From: a virus
Lineage: Duplodnaviria > Caudoviricetes
Direction: 5' to 3' (one strand)
Virus record (IMG/VR): IMGVR_UViG_3300036833_000092
Location: 1 to 46,522 of that record
Length of the DNA: 46,522 bases
Under the pieces are notes generated by a model, which worked only from the letters and a program-made list of their open reading frames with translations, was not told the origin of the DNA and searched no databases. Position 1 is the first letter of the stretch, and each line of letters starts with the position of its first letter. The position numbers and the translations under genes were made by a program. Below are positions 17,862 to 27,883 of the stretch, one piece after another.

Positions 17862-20791
17862 TATGACCTCCTACCCTGGCGATCTAGATGCCCTTGAGTT
17901 AGTGTTATCGCCTGGAACGCGGTACGCACATGGCCCTCGATCGCCGCGCCGGTCAGGCCATCGAAGTGAGCATGATACTGCGGGCCACTTCCGTCTGCTA
18001 GTGCTTTCATCTCCGGAGGCGATAGTACACGCTCATGCCGTCCGGTCAGGTTGTACGCGAGCGATACACCCGGAGGTAGCCAGCCACCAGCGTCATAGCC
18101 ATGCCCGGAGCCCATGCCCATTCCGCCGCGCATCAGCGTCGGCCCGTAGACGGCTCGCGCGTAGTTGATAGCCGCTGCAACGTTGGCTAGCGGGTCATAG
18201 ATGTTATTGCTAGTCCCGGCTACATGATATGCGGCGAACGTCGTGCCGATAGTCTGGAGCAAGCCCCGCGATGGGTCGCCTTGCTGGGCGTTGATGTCAG
18301 TCAGGTTGATAGCGTTCGGGTTACCGCCCGACTCTGTCTGCATCTGGTACAGTACCTGGCCAGATAGCGAGAGCGGAAGCCCCAGCATAGTAAGCGCCTG
18401 CGCGACGATACCCGCCCATTGCTTGACTCCCCCGGTAACGTTGCCTCCGAACAGCTTGGCAAAAAAGCCGCCTATGCCCTTGAATACACCGCCAAGTTTG
18501 CTCAGTATCCTGCCCGGTATCTTCGTGATGTCGACCAGGCCCTTCTCGATGAAGTTCCCGAGCGCCTGCGGTATGCCGCCAAATATATTCTTGACAAAGT
18601 GAGTAAGGTCCTTGCCGGAAGTCAGTAGTCCCTTGACCAGACCTTGGACTAGGTTGCCACCTATACCTGCCATAACAGCAGATGGCGACGCGATACCGAA
18701 GAAATGCTTGACCCAGTTGACAATAGGATCAACAACATTGGCCTTAATCCAGCTGCTGATATTCCTCATAGCGTTCAGCATACCCTGGAGCAAGCCCTTG
18801 ATGATATCCTCACCGGCGTGCTCTAGCCAGTGGATAGCATCCTGGAATGCAGCAGCAGTATCGTGCCTGAGTATGTCCCACTCGTGAGCGATGTTGTGTT
18901 CCCAGCCAGCGGTAATTCTCTGGGAGTCCGCGACCCCGCGCATGAGACGGCCAATGGTATCGCTCCACATAAGGTTCCACTGCGTGGCAACGTCGTGCCT
19001 CAATATGCCGAACCAGTGAGCAATGTTATGCTCCCAGCCGCCGATCAACCTGCTCAGAGTAGTTGTGCGGCCGAGGGCTGTCCCGATAATGTTGGACCAC
19101 GCCAAGTCCCATGCGTGCGAGGCGTCATGTCTAAACTGGTTAAACTGGTCGGCTATATTATGGAGAAACTTCGCTGTCTCTTTCTGGGTGTAAGAAAGCG
19201 TATTGGTCGCATGATGCCACGCGGGGATAAAGTGCTGTTCAATGTAGTCAGCGACGAGAGTTAGCCAAGCGATGGCATTCAATGCGAATATGACTACCTG
19301 GGCTAGGAAGTTCAGGAAGTCAGCGAATGCCTTTGGATTCTTAGCAACGGCGTTAGCTATGCGAGTTATCGCGTCCGCAAACGAATTTATGATGCCTGGT
19401 ATATCAGGAGTGAACGCCGTCAGTATGTCGCCGAACGCCTTGGCCACTACCTTGATAGATTGCTGTACCTGGGGATCGCCGAATGACCTGATAATTGCAT
19501 CTGCAAATGCTTGGAACGGTCCAGATATGATCTTCTCTGCCGACGCAAATACAGGAGTCATCTTTAGCAGCACATTGTCGGCAAGACCGAAGATATGCGT
19601 CAATACAGGGACAAACGACGCACCAATGACCTTAATGCTATCCTGAGCGTCACTTGTTAGGTTAAGCCAAGCCTGATGCATCTTGGCCTGAGCCTTAGAG
19701 ATATCAGGCGCGTTAGCCTGTAGAGTGTTCAGCCTCTGCTGCGCTGCAGCTACCGACGCCTGGGCGCTAGCTAGCTGGGCGGCCGACGCAGCGGTATGTC
19801 TAGTAGTAGTAGAGCCCTTAGCCTGCAAGTTGTTCAGAGTGTTCTGTGCACCAGCTACGCTCGCGTAGCCGCTAGCGAGCTGAGCGGCCGTAGCCTTGCC
19901 GCTAGACTGAAGCTTGTTAAGGCGGTCCTGAGCAGCTACCAGCCTATCCTGCGCAGCTATAATGGCCAAGGGCGTAGCGGGCGCAGTCGTCCTCGTCGTC
20001 GTCGTGCCGGCCTGGAGTTGCTGTAGCCGTAGCTGCGCTGCTCGTAGCTGGAGCTGCGCAACGTTCAGCTGGCCAGGGGTCGTCTGTGTGCCGGTCGTAC
20101 CCGAGAGCGCGCCGTAGATGCCTAGCCCAGTCAGCCCCGCGCCCAGCACGCTGACTATACCGCTGCCTATGATCTGCGCTATGAATGGAGCTGCCGCCAG
20201 AATGCCTCCAGCAACACCTCCAGCTTGAGGGCCAGACAAGGCACCAAGGGCACCCGCAGGCGTCTGGCCGCCTCCCCTGAAGCTAGAGAGGAATCCGAGA
20301 ATGCCGCCACCGCCACCTCCACGAGCGCCGCCTCCACCACCGCCGCCGCCACGAAGGAGATTGATAAGGGCGGTGAGATCGGCTCCACCGCCGCCGCCTC
20401 CGCCTGCAGCTCCTGAAGCGGCAAGGGCAGCAGATGCCGCGATACTGATAACTCTACGGATTCGGTTGAGAGAGGCCTGGTCGACATCGAGCTTGACCTT
20501 AGCGGTAATACCCTTCAGCTGAAGATCGATGGCGCGGCGCATCTCCTTACCGTACACCGTACCGAGATCGAACGCCGCAACCTTGGTAGCAGCCCGAGCC
20601 TTAGCAGAAGCCTTCGTGACGATGTCGCCGATGCCCAGGCTGTCTAGTATTCCCTTGGATATGTTCTTGCCTATATCCTCGCCGATACGGTTAGCAGAAG
20701 GCACCAGCTCCCGGCGGATACGCTCATTGAATCCGCGTAGGTCCGGTACAACACCTACGGCGACGCTACCAACGAATATCTCGCCGGCCAT
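17861..20791 (-). CDS. Tape measure protein with C-terminal lytic transglycosylase domain
   Basis: 976 aa, helical and Trp-periodic; KHFFGIASPS; QTESGGNPNAIN...SRGLLQ. Confidence 0.92.
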   Translation of the reverse strand: MAGEIFVGSVAVGVVPDLRGFNERIRRELVPSANRIGEDIGKNISKGILDSLGIGDIVTKASAKARAATKVAAFDLGTVYGKEMRRAIDLQLKGITAKVKLDVDQASLNRIRRVISIAASAALAASGAAGGGGGGGADLTALINLLRGGGGGGGGARGGGGGGILGFLSSFRGGGQTPAGALGALSGPQAGGVAGGILAAAPFIAQIIGSGIVSVLGAGLTGLGIYGALSGTTGTQTTPGQLNVAQLQLRAAQLRLQQLQAGTTTTRTTAPATPLAIIAAQDRLVAAQDRLNKLQSSGKATAAQLASGYASVAGAQNTLNNLQAKGSTTTRHTAASAAQLASAQASVAAAQQRLNTLQANAPDISKAQAKMHQAWLNLTSDAQDSIKVIGASFVPVLTHIFGLADNVLLKMTPVFASAEKIISGPFQAFADAIIRSFGDPQVQQSIKVVAKAFGDILTAFTPDIPGIINSFADAITRIANAVAKNPKAFADFLNFLAQVVIFALNAIAWLTLVADYIEQHFIPAWHHATNTLSYTQKETAKFLHNIADQFNQFRHDASHAWDLAWSNIIGTALGRTTTLSRLIGGWEHNIAHWFGILRHDVATQWNLMWSDTIGRLMRGVADSQRITAGWEHNIAHEWDILRHDTAAAFQDAIHWLEHAGEDIIKGLLQGMLNAMRNISSWIKANVVDPIVNWVKHFFGIASPSAVMAGIGGNLVQGLVKGLLTSGKDLTHFVKNIFGGIPQALGNFIEKGLVDITKIPGRILSKLGGVFKGIGGFFAKLFGGNVTGGVKQWAGIVAQALTMLGLPLSLSGQVLYQMQTESGGNPNAINLTDINAQQGDPSRGLLQTIGTTFAAYHVAGTSNNIYDPLANVAAAINYARAVYGPTLMRGGMGMGSGHGYDAGGWLPPGVSLAYNLTGRHERVLSPPEMKALADGSGPQYHAHFDGLTGAAIEGHVRTAFQAITLTQGHLDRQGRRS

Positions 20792-21294
20792 TACCAGTCA
20801 CCTCGCTTCCTGCCGCCAGTTAGCTCATCGAGTCTGCTTTGTGTTTCCTCGGGCGAGAGGCCGCGTAGTCTCGGGTCCATAGCCTGAACCGTCGCGAGCG
20901 CTAGACGGCGCTTAGGCCGGGACGCGACACCGGGACGGCGTATTGGATCGGGCCGGGGTAGCTTCTTATCCGTGTGCGCCTGTACATAGATCCACTGCCA
21001 TATGCGCATCTCATCAATGAGCACTGCAAGCAGTGTCTCTACCGTGCTCCATTTGCCAGTAGCTGGATCATGGTCACTTTCTGACAGCACGTCTTCCGGC
21101 GTCCTGTTCCGTATCGCAGTGTTCACGGCGCTCTCCGGCGGAAGGTGCTTTAGTAGCACTAGCAGCCTTCGCCATGTAAGGCTACTTCCAGGCTGGAACA
21201 GATCAGAAAGCTCCAGCCGGTAGTAGCGAGCCAGGTCTGCTTCTATTTCCTCCGCGAACTGCGATATGGCCCACGCCGCCTCTGTGATTTTCCC
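20791..21294 (-). CDS. Tail assembly chaperone, -1 frameshift extension
   Basis: Entered via G GGA AAA at 21294-21288; EIEADLARYY motif. Confidence 0.8.
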   Translation of the reverse strand, partial: GKITEAAWAISQFAEEIEADLARYYRLELSDLFQPGSSLTWRRLLVLLKHLPPESAVNTAIRNRTPEDVLSESDHDPATGKWSTVETLLAVLIDEMRIWQWIYVQAHTDKKLPRPDPIRRPGVASRPKRRLALATVQAMDPRLRGLSPEETQSRLDELTGGRKRGDW

Positions 21295-21623
21295 GAACTC
21301 ATACGAGCCCGGCGAGCGCATGCCTCGAACACAGCCTCTATCTGGTAGTTGCGCAAGTCAGACTCGACCCACGTATTGAACTCGTCATCATCCTCGATGA
21401 CCTCGCGAGCCCAAGTCTCCCAGTCTCCACCGGCCGCAGCTCGCATCGCGGAGGATGTCCATGTCCCGGCATGAGCTACATGGATGATCTTGCCGTCAAT
21501 CCTGACGGTTGAGGAATCGCCGATGCGCTCGCGGCGTAGGTCCTCGTCCAGTGCGTCGAGGTCGACATCAACATCGATGACATCCTCTTCCTCGTCGTGG
21601 TCATCGACCGGCTCGGCGCTCAC
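21243..21623 (-). CDS. Tail assembly chaperone
   Basis: Between major tail and tape measure; contains the SGK slippery site. Confidence 0.8.
   Translation of the reverse strand: MSAEPVDDHDEEEDVIDVDVDLDALDEDLRRERIGDSSTVRIDGKIIHVAHAGTWTSSAMRAAAGGDWETWAREVIEDDDEFNTWVESDLRNYQIEAVFEACARRARMSSGKSQRRRGPYRSSRRK
21288..21294 (-). other. -1 programmed frameshift site GGGAAAA
   Basis: In-frame TCG GGA AAA joins the two chaperone frames. Confidence 0.8.
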
Positions 21624-22297
21624 GTGAAGTATCCTGCCATGCTCTGGCCGTAGTTGATCCAGCGGTGGGCGACGTAGATGGAACCCGCCACGTTGCCGGG
21701 GTACATCGTGACCGTCATGTCGAGCATCTCGGCGTCGGCCTGCTGCGGCTGGTCGTTGCCTCGGGCCGTCACCTTGCAGTTCGGTGCGTACATACGCATG
21801 GCCCTGGGGCCGTCGACCGTATCCCAGATGAAGGCGTACCTGTTGTCAGCCGGCGGGTCTGGGATCGTGTAGTTGGCCACGTAAGGTGCGGTCGTGGTCG
21901 CCAGCAGCGGCGAGGTCGTCACCGGGAAGATGGGCACGTCGTCGTACAGCGACCGGACGTACGGGTTGAGCGCCTCCAGGAAGGTCGCCTGCACCGTTTT
22001 GCTACCGCCGGTGAGAACAGAGCGTACCGGCGTCAGGATGCCGGCCGCAGCGATGTCCTTGATGGTCTCGTCGAGCTTGAAGATGTAGCCGGATACGTCG
22101 ATCCACCCGCAGTTGTACCAGCCGGTGAGAGTCGAGATGTCCTCGAAGCCGGTTATGGGACCGGCCGTGTTCTGGGCCGCGACCCAGGTGATGACGTCAC
22201 CGGCCGCGTAGATCAGGGCGTTGTTCTTCTGCTTGCCTGGGCCCACAGCTAGCGGGCTGACGTCGCGCTCTTCAACATCACTTCTACTAGGTGGCAT
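21620..22297 (-). CDS. Major tail protein
   Basis: GWIDVSGY, TFLE and VTMYP pattern; synteny; strongly biased codons. Confidence 0.85.
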   Translation of the reverse strand: MPPSRSDVEERDVSPLAVGPGKQKNNALIYAAGDVITWVAAQNTAGPITGFEDISTLTGWYNCGWIDVSGYIFKLDETIKDIAAAGILTPVRSVLTGGSKTVQATFLEALNPYVRSLYDDVPIFPVTTSPLLATTTAPYVANYTIPDPPADNRYAFIWDTVDGPRAMRMYAPNCKVTARGNDQPQQADAEMLDMTVTMYPGNVAGSIYVAHRWINYGQSMAGYFT

Positions 22298-22309
22298 TCG
22301 CCTTTCCTC

Positions 22310-22693
22310 CTACGGATGTATGTTGACTTCGTATGTTGCGTTGTACCTAACAAGATCAGGATTCACCTCTGGTATCGGCCTCGGTCCAATAGATGTAAGT
22401 ACGTGCTGTATTACTCCCGTCTGGACTTGTATCCCCATGAGGGATAGTAGGTCAGCTTGTATATCCCGCGCGGCGGCTGAAACGTCCATTGGCGCAGTCT
22501 TGAAGCCCCATACGTCAATATCAACAATAGGTTTGTCAATCCAGATGTTGCGGTTAGCGCCGCTGGTACGAGCAATCCTTGCGGTGATAACCTTCAGGTC
22601 GCCGGCAGGCATAGTAGTGACGAACCTGATGTCCGGCTCCATCGGTACTAGCGCGAACATCAGCGCTACCTCGACGTCAGGGAACGGAGTCAT
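22310..22693 (-). CDS. Tail terminator
   Basis: FPDVE...VDIDVW; synteny. Confidence 0.75.
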   Translation of the reverse strand: MTPFPDVEVALMFALVPMEPDIRFVTTMPAGDLKVITARIARTSGANRNIWIDKPIVDIDVWGFKTAPMDVSAAARDIQADLLSLMGIQVQTGVIQHVLTSIGPRPIPEVNPDLVRYNATYEVNIHP

Positions 22694-23022
22694 ATCGTCA
22701 CCTCGTTTGCCGCTCGACGCAGCACATGATACGGCTCTTGGCCGTAGGACCCAAATTCGACATATACCGCGTCGGAGGCGTCATTATACACTATCGCCTC
22801 TGCCCGGTCAGATTTGGCGCCGCCGAATACATGACTCCTGATATGGAAGCTGCTAATGTACTCGCCGGGATGCTCGTCACCCTCTAGTACGGTACCAACT
22901 GGAGATAGGGTGATGGCCCGGTCCCTGATCAGCTCGGCTACCCGCGTCACGACATCAAGTAGCATATCGGATTCCAGAAGTATGCCTACACCTCTATGGT
23001 CAGGATTGTAACTCGACGTCAC
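22690..23022 (-). CDS. Neck / HK97 gp10-like protein
   Basis: AVYVEFG...HVLRRAA. Confidence 0.7.
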   Translation of the reverse strand: MTSSYNPDHRGVGILLESDMLLDVVTRVAELIRDRAITLSPVGTVLEGDEHPGEYISSFHIRSHVFGGAKSDRAEAIVYNDASDAVYVEFGSYGQEPYHVLRRAANEVTI

Positions 23023-23363
23023 GGCGCTGCCCCCTTCACCTTGGTGCCGTACACCCGGATCGGAGCCGTATTGCCGGACCAGGGAGACTGCCAGACATCA
23101 GGATCGCCGGACACCTCGAACTTAACGCCATTGTAGATGAAGGCGTCAAGATACGTCAGGTCAGTCCCGTACGGTATGAACAGTATCACGCCAGTGACAA
23201 CTTGATCCGTAAAGCTGAGTGTCTCCCGGCTCGACCCCTGCTGAATAGAACACGACCCTACATCCTCGGTTGTCTCGCTGTACACATCATTGCCAAACTC
23301 ATCCTGCCCGGAGACGGACCTCCGGACTAGGGTCACAGTCGCACCGTTTGGCATATTTGGCAT
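23019..23363 (-). CDS. Head-to-tail stopper
   Basis: DEFGND...FEVSGDPDVW. Confidence 0.75.
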   Translation of the reverse strand: MPNMPNGATVTLVRRSVSGQDEFGNDVYSETTEDVGSCSIQQGSSRETLSFTDQVVTGVILFIPYGTDLTYLDAFIYNGVKFEVSGDPDVWQSPWSGNTAPIRVYGTKVKGAAP

Positions 23364-24028
23364 TAGAACCTCAGATGTAGAGTCCCCTGGTCGTTGCGGT
23401 AGTCGCCTAGTATGAGCTGCATGCCAAAGTCCATCAGCGTGGCGTAAAGACCGCCACCGACGGCTCGCCGTCTCATGCTATAGCTGTACGCGCCGATGGT
23501 CTCGCTCTGGACCGTAGCTGACATGGTCGGCGTCGATAGCTCCGAGATGATAGCGCCGCATAGCAGCCCGAGCACCTCCGGCGGCGTCACACTCTCGCCG
23601 TGCGAAAACGTGATCAGGAACGACTCATTGTACCAAGCCGATGTGTACCAGGCATACGGCAGGTTTATGATACCGGACTGGCGAGGATGCAGCACGGTAA
23701 TCTTGTCGATGCCATCGAACACGTACCATGTCACCGGGAGATCAGGAATACCAGGAATGCCTGATAGCGCCACAACCGCGTCGACAGATATGACAGGACG
23801 ATCCGTCAGGACGATGACACCAACGTCGGCGACAATGACCTGCTTATCCTGTTCTGCGTAAATGAAGTCCTTACGCGCGTACCTACGGATGATAGCGCTA
23901 CCGTCCTTCAGCATCGCATCGACACGAGCCGCCTCGACCTGGTTAAGGTTGCGGCCTAGCCTGGCTACGATATCATCAACCGTAGCCAGGGTAGGCAGCT
24001 TGTCAGCCGGTGGGGCTGGACTACTCAT
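23363..24028 (-). CDS. Head-to-tail adaptor
   Basis: LATVDDIVARLGR...SETIGAYSYS; start revised to ATG 24028. Confidence 0.8.
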   Translation of the reverse strand: MSSPAPPADKLPTLATVDDIVARLGRNLNQVEAARVDAMLKDGSAIIRRYARKDFIYAEQDKQVIVADVGVIVLTDRPVISVDAVVALSGIPGIPDLPVTWYVFDGIDKITVLHPRQSGIINLPYAWYTSAWYNESFLITFSHGESVTPPEVLGLLCGAIISELSTPTMSATVQSETIGAYSYSMRRRAVGGGLYATLMDFGMQLILGDYRNDQGTLHLRF

Positions 24029-25205
24029 TGCCCCGCGAACGGCCAGAGCGCCGCGTGCGCGCTGTCTCTGTTTCCTCTTCCTCGACCTCGTCAGCCTGCG
24101 GGCCCTTCTCCAGCATCTCGGCCCTGGCCTGGGCGTTAGCCTCCATCTCAGCCTGAGCTGCTTCCTCTTGCCCCTCGACGCCGAACGTGCCCGTGTACGG
24201 GTACGGCGGAGCCTGGATGACGCTGATTGGACCGCCAGAAGGAGCCGCCGCGCCGACCGGCAGGACAGCACCGAACGGCCACCGGGCTGTGATCCCGGAG
24301 CCGGGCTGCATGATCGTGACCGGGTTGACGGTCGCGTAGGCGAGGCGCATCGTCATGCGAAGCGCCACGGCATCCTGCTGCATCAGGTTGAAGATGACGA
24401 CGCCGGAGTCGTTGCTGATAACGCCCTGGTCGAACACCTTGAAGCTGATGTCTCTCCGGATACCGATGAGCGACTTGGTGAAGTCGCCGGCTAGCATGAC
24501 AGCCCCGGTGAGGCCGCCCTGCCAGGAACCGTTGTTGATCTCGGGCATGGGATAGCCGTAGAGAACGCCGCCGGGCTTGCCCTGCATATCAGGCTGGTAG
24601 ATCGGCACGCCCTGGGCCGACCGGAGGCCTGCCAGGTTCCAGCTTGTACCCGGAACCGCTGCGAAGCCGTTGACCGTGTAGCCGGTCTGGGCCATCATCG
24701 CGCCGAGCTTTGTCACGTCCTGGCCGAGGTCAACACCTGTGCCCTGGATGACGTAGTGCCCGGACTTGCCGGCTCCGGTGAACACCGACTCGCCCCATGT
24801 GACGGGCTTGTTGATCCCCCAGAGCACGGCGAGGTCGATCAGCTGGCCGACCGCCTCTGTGATACGCGGCTGGACCTCAGACCAGATTGGCACGTCCGCG
24901 TCGTCCATGTAGGCTTCTGGGATCGGCACGATACAGGCGAGTTCCTCAACGACCAGCACGACGTTCTTCCATGCTTCATTGGTGGTCTGCTTCATGCCGG
25001 CGTCACCACCGACCCAGTAAGCGATCGGCAGGACGTCTAGCACGGGCATCCTCTGAGTCTTAGAGGATAGAGGTGTACTGGCCATAAGAGTCAGCGCCGC
25101 ACTTGACTTGGGCGCCTCCTGGATGATCGCGGTTGACAGCGGCTCAGGAACAAGAGGGTCCGAGCCCGTGCTGGTACGCGAAATACGAGTGTTGTATGTA
25201 GTCAC
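24021..25205 (-). CDS. Major capsid protein (HK97 fold) with C-terminal extension
   Basis: AYWVG, EELACIVPI and NLMQQDAVALR. Confidence 0.92.
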   Translation of the reverse strand: MTTYNTRISRTSTGSDPLVPEPLSTAIIQEAPKSSAALTLMASTPLSSKTQRMPVLDVLPIAYWVGGDAGMKQTTNEAWKNVVLVVEELACIVPIPEAYMDDADVPIWSEVQPRITEAVGQLIDLAVLWGINKPVTWGESVFTGAGKSGHYVIQGTGVDLGQDVTKLGAMMAQTGYTVNGFAAVPGTSWNLAGLRSAQGVPIYQPDMQGKPGGVLYGYPMPEINNGSWQGGLTGAVMLAGDFTKSLIGIRRDISFKVFDQGVISNDSGVVIFNLMQQDAVALRMTMRLAYATVNPVTIMQPGSGITARWPFGAVLPVGAAAPSGGPISVIQAPPYPYTGTFGVEGQEEAAQAEMEANAQARAEMLEKGPQADEVEEEETETARTRRSGRSRGNE

Positions 25206-25240
25206 TGCTGCTTACCCTCCCGCGCGGTAACGTACGCGCG

Positions 25241-25858
25241 TTAGTCCATGTCGCCATGAAATAGATTCCTGAAAGCAGTTTCGTTGCTATTATCAGTGCT
25301 ACCGGCCGGTGCTGCTCCTGGCCGCATAGATGCAACAGGACGGGACCGCGTGCCTGGGACTACGCGGTTGCCGTTCCCCTGTGCTACCATTTGCTCAGCG
25401 AGCTTCTTGGCCGCATCATTGATGAATGCAGCGAGCTGTTCCGCCCTGTCGCCTATCTCTTCTGACGTTCCGTTTCCGAGGTAGTCGATGAGGTCAGGAG
25501 GCAAGTCATGGGCAGCAGCAGCCATCAGCCTGGCGTTCGCGGATTCAGCGGCCGTAGCGCGCTCTTCCGCAGCCTGCCGGGCGTCGGCAGCTTTCTGTAG
25601 TTCAGTCTTGCCGGCATCCTCGATGTCCTTCAGCTTTGCGGCTGCATCCGAGTTAGTCCGGGCGGCACGTTCGTGCCTCTGGGCCAGCTTCTGCCAGCGC
25701 CTGACTTCCGCCTGTAGAGTCTCCGGGTCTTGCTCCTGCATGATTCCGTGCAGCTGAGCTTCAGCCTCGGCGTCCTCAGCGGATGTGTCAACAGTGCTCT
25801 GGCCGACGTCGACCTCTCCGGTTTCGCCAGTCTCGACCTCTGGTACAGATTCGCTCAT
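25241..25858 (-). CDS. Scaffolding protein
   Basis: Acidic coiled-coil with WQKLAQRHE and KTELQK; directly upstream of the capsid gene. Confidence 0.8.
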   Translation of the reverse strand: MSESVPEVETGETGEVDVGQSTVDTSAEDAEAEAQLHGIMQEQDPETLQAEVRRWQKLAQRHERAARTNSDAAAKLKDIEDAGKTELQKAADARQAAEERATAAESANARLMAAAAHDLPPDLIDYLGNGTSEEIGDRAEQLAAFINDAAKKLAEQMVAQGNGNRVVPGTRSRPVASMRPGAAPAGSTDNSNETAFRNLFHGDMD

Positions 25859-25952
25859 CGCTCTCACATCACCTTCCTACGGAATAATACCTGATCCGGG
25901 GCGCTAGGGGAAGCCCCGCGCTCGCCGGTAGTTACCCGCTAGTAACCTGCCA

Positions 25953-26279
25953 CTACACTGACTCTACCAGTAGCGGCCCTGAGTTGACAGTTCTACGCTT
26001 GTTGAGCACGTCCATGATGTCCACTCGCCACCAGAACGCGCCCGGTACTGCGTTGTCTGTCGCTGGAATGGAAAACTGCGACATAGTCGACCCGGCGTTG
26101 GCAGGGTCCGCCACGACCGGCGACGTGAATGTTATGACAGAAGGATCATTGTCCGGAGTGGTACGATCGTTCTTATACCAGAATTCTGAGTTCATCCCGG
26201 TACCGTCGGCGATACCAGGAAACCTAGCCGTCACTACGATGTCATTCCCTCGCGGGACGAACAGCGTCAGCATATCCAT
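25953..26279 (-). CDS. Small beta-sandwich virion protein (BppU N-terminal-like)
   Basis: RGND...FSIPATD...WWRVDI...GPLLV pattern. Confidence 0.5.
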   Translation of the reverse strand: MDMLTLFVPRGNDIVVTARFPGIADGTGMNSEFWYKNDRTTPDNDPSVITFTSPVVADPANAGSTMSQFSIPATDNAVPGAFWWRVDIMDVLNKRRTVNSGPLLVESV

Positions 26280-27883
26280 TAGGTCACCTCCGCACTAACA
26301 CTATTGGTTGTAACTTCTCCGTCAGCACTATTTACTGCTATACTGACTCCAACTACCTCCACATCTACACTCGCGGCCGGTAGGCCCACGTCTATCGTAA
26401 CGCTAGGCGCAGGGTTCACGAACACCACAGCAGTTACTTCTGCCGGAAGGGCACCCGCGATGAATGGCGGCTGGATAGCTCCATCGGCACCAGACACGGT
26501 GATAGACAATCCAGATACTCTGCCGATACCGGCAATCCATCCAGACGCCGCGCTCACCGATACTGAGCTGCCAGAGATAGCAGCCTCGCCGGCCATAGTG
26601 CCGTCGGCCTTGCTATGCGTCGACGAGAAGCCAGCAACGGCCGCAGCCAGCCTGAAGGAGCCTGACGCTGAACTGACCGCGGCCGCACTGCCGGCTAGCT
26701 CTTCCAGGAGCGTTATCGCTCCGCTAGCCAGGCTTGGCGTAGCTGAACTACCGGCAACCGGATAAGTCACTCCGCCAGCTACAATTGTTACGTTGCCAGA
26801 AGCCGAGGACGCCGAGGACGCGGAACCGCTCAGCCCCGCGAGCGCGCCGATAGTACCACTTGCAGTAGATACAGTAGCGGAGGAAGCACTGATGACAATC
26901 TGACGGACTACGGCTCCAGAGGCCGCTGAAACCGTTACCGCAGAGCCGGACAGCACGCCCATTAGGCTTACTGTGCCGTTCGCAGACGACACGGCCGTCG
27001 AGCTACCCGCAATAGCCAGCCTAGCCGTTACCGCGCCGGTGGCGATGGATGCTGTAGACGAGAGCCCGTTGACATCATAGGTCTGCGCTCCCCCGGCTAT
27101 AGACACATTGCCGGATGAAAGACTGGCGGTTGACGACGAGCCCGCTACTATCGCAATGAGTGTTATCGCACCGCTCGCGCCCGATACCGTAGCAGACGAG
27201 CCGCTCAGCGCTCCGAGTCGGCTGATGGCACCATTGGCGCTGGAGACCGTCGCCGACGAGCCAGAGATTACGAGGATTGCCGCTATTGTGCCGCCAGCGC
27301 TAGACGCGGAGGACGCGGAGCCAGACAGCGCAGCGAGAGCCCCAAGTGCTCCGTTAGCAGATGAAACAGAGGCAGATGAGCCGGTAATGATAATGTTTGC
27401 GACAACGGTGCCGCTCGCGTTCGACACGGACGCAGACGAGCCCGCTAGCGGAGTGAACTTGCCTATAGCGCCGCTTGCCGCTGATACAGTGACAGAAGAG
27501 CCGCTAACCGCCTCAAGGAGAGCAAATGAACCGGACGCAGATGACTGGGATACGGAGGAACCAGCGATAACAGCCTGTAGCGTAACCGCACCAGCAGCAC
27601 CAGACACGGACGCCGACGAGCCAGACACGCGCTCGATAAGGGCGATCGTACCACTAGCACTAGATACAGAAGCAGACGAACCAGATATACTACCGATAAT
27701 AGCAATTGTACCGCTTGCGCTTGGCGCTGCGGCCGACGAGCCGGCCAACGGTGATTGCCTGCCTATCGAGCCGCTGGCAGATGACGTAGCAGCAGAAGAG
27801 CCTGCAATGATATATGTGAAAATATACCCGCCAGGCGAGAATGTGCCAACTACGGCAGTCCCCGGAATGGCAGGAGTTTTCAT
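26279..27883 (-). CDS. Ser/Ala/Gly-rich repeat protein, putative fibre
   Basis: About 22 copies of a 20-aa repeat (xGSSAxVSxASGxI...). Confidence 0.75.
   Translation of the reverse strand: MKTPAIPGTAVVGTFSPGGYIFTYIIAGSSAATSSASGSIGRQSPLAGSSAAAPSASGTIAIIGSISGSSASVSSASGTIALIERVSGSSASVSGAAGAVTLQAVIAGSSVSQSSASGSFALLEAVSGSSVTVSAASGAIGKFTPLAGSSASVSNASGTVVANIIITGSSASVSSANGALGALAALSGSASSASSAGGTIAAILVISGSSATVSSANGAISRLGALSGSSATVSGASGAITLIAIVAGSSSTASLSSGNVSIAGGAQTYDVNGLSSTASIATGAVTARLAIAGSSTAVSSANGTVSLMGVLSGSAVTVSAASGAVVRQIVISASSATVSTASGTIGALAGLSGSASSASSASGNVTIVAGGVTYPVAGSSATPSLASGAITLLEELAGSAAAVSSASGSFRLAAAVAGFSSTHSKADGTMAGEAAISGSSVSVSAASGWIAGIGRVSGLSITVSGADGAIQPPFIAGALPAEVTAVVFVNPAPSVTIDVGLPAASVDVEVVGVSIAVNSADGEVTTNSVSAEVT

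Noticed and set aside
24029-24271. N-terminal extensions given by the ORF track (adaptor; also thyX, terL, GT, HNH)
   Set aside because: They overlap neighbouring genes or promoters; downstream starts have a better RBS or coupling
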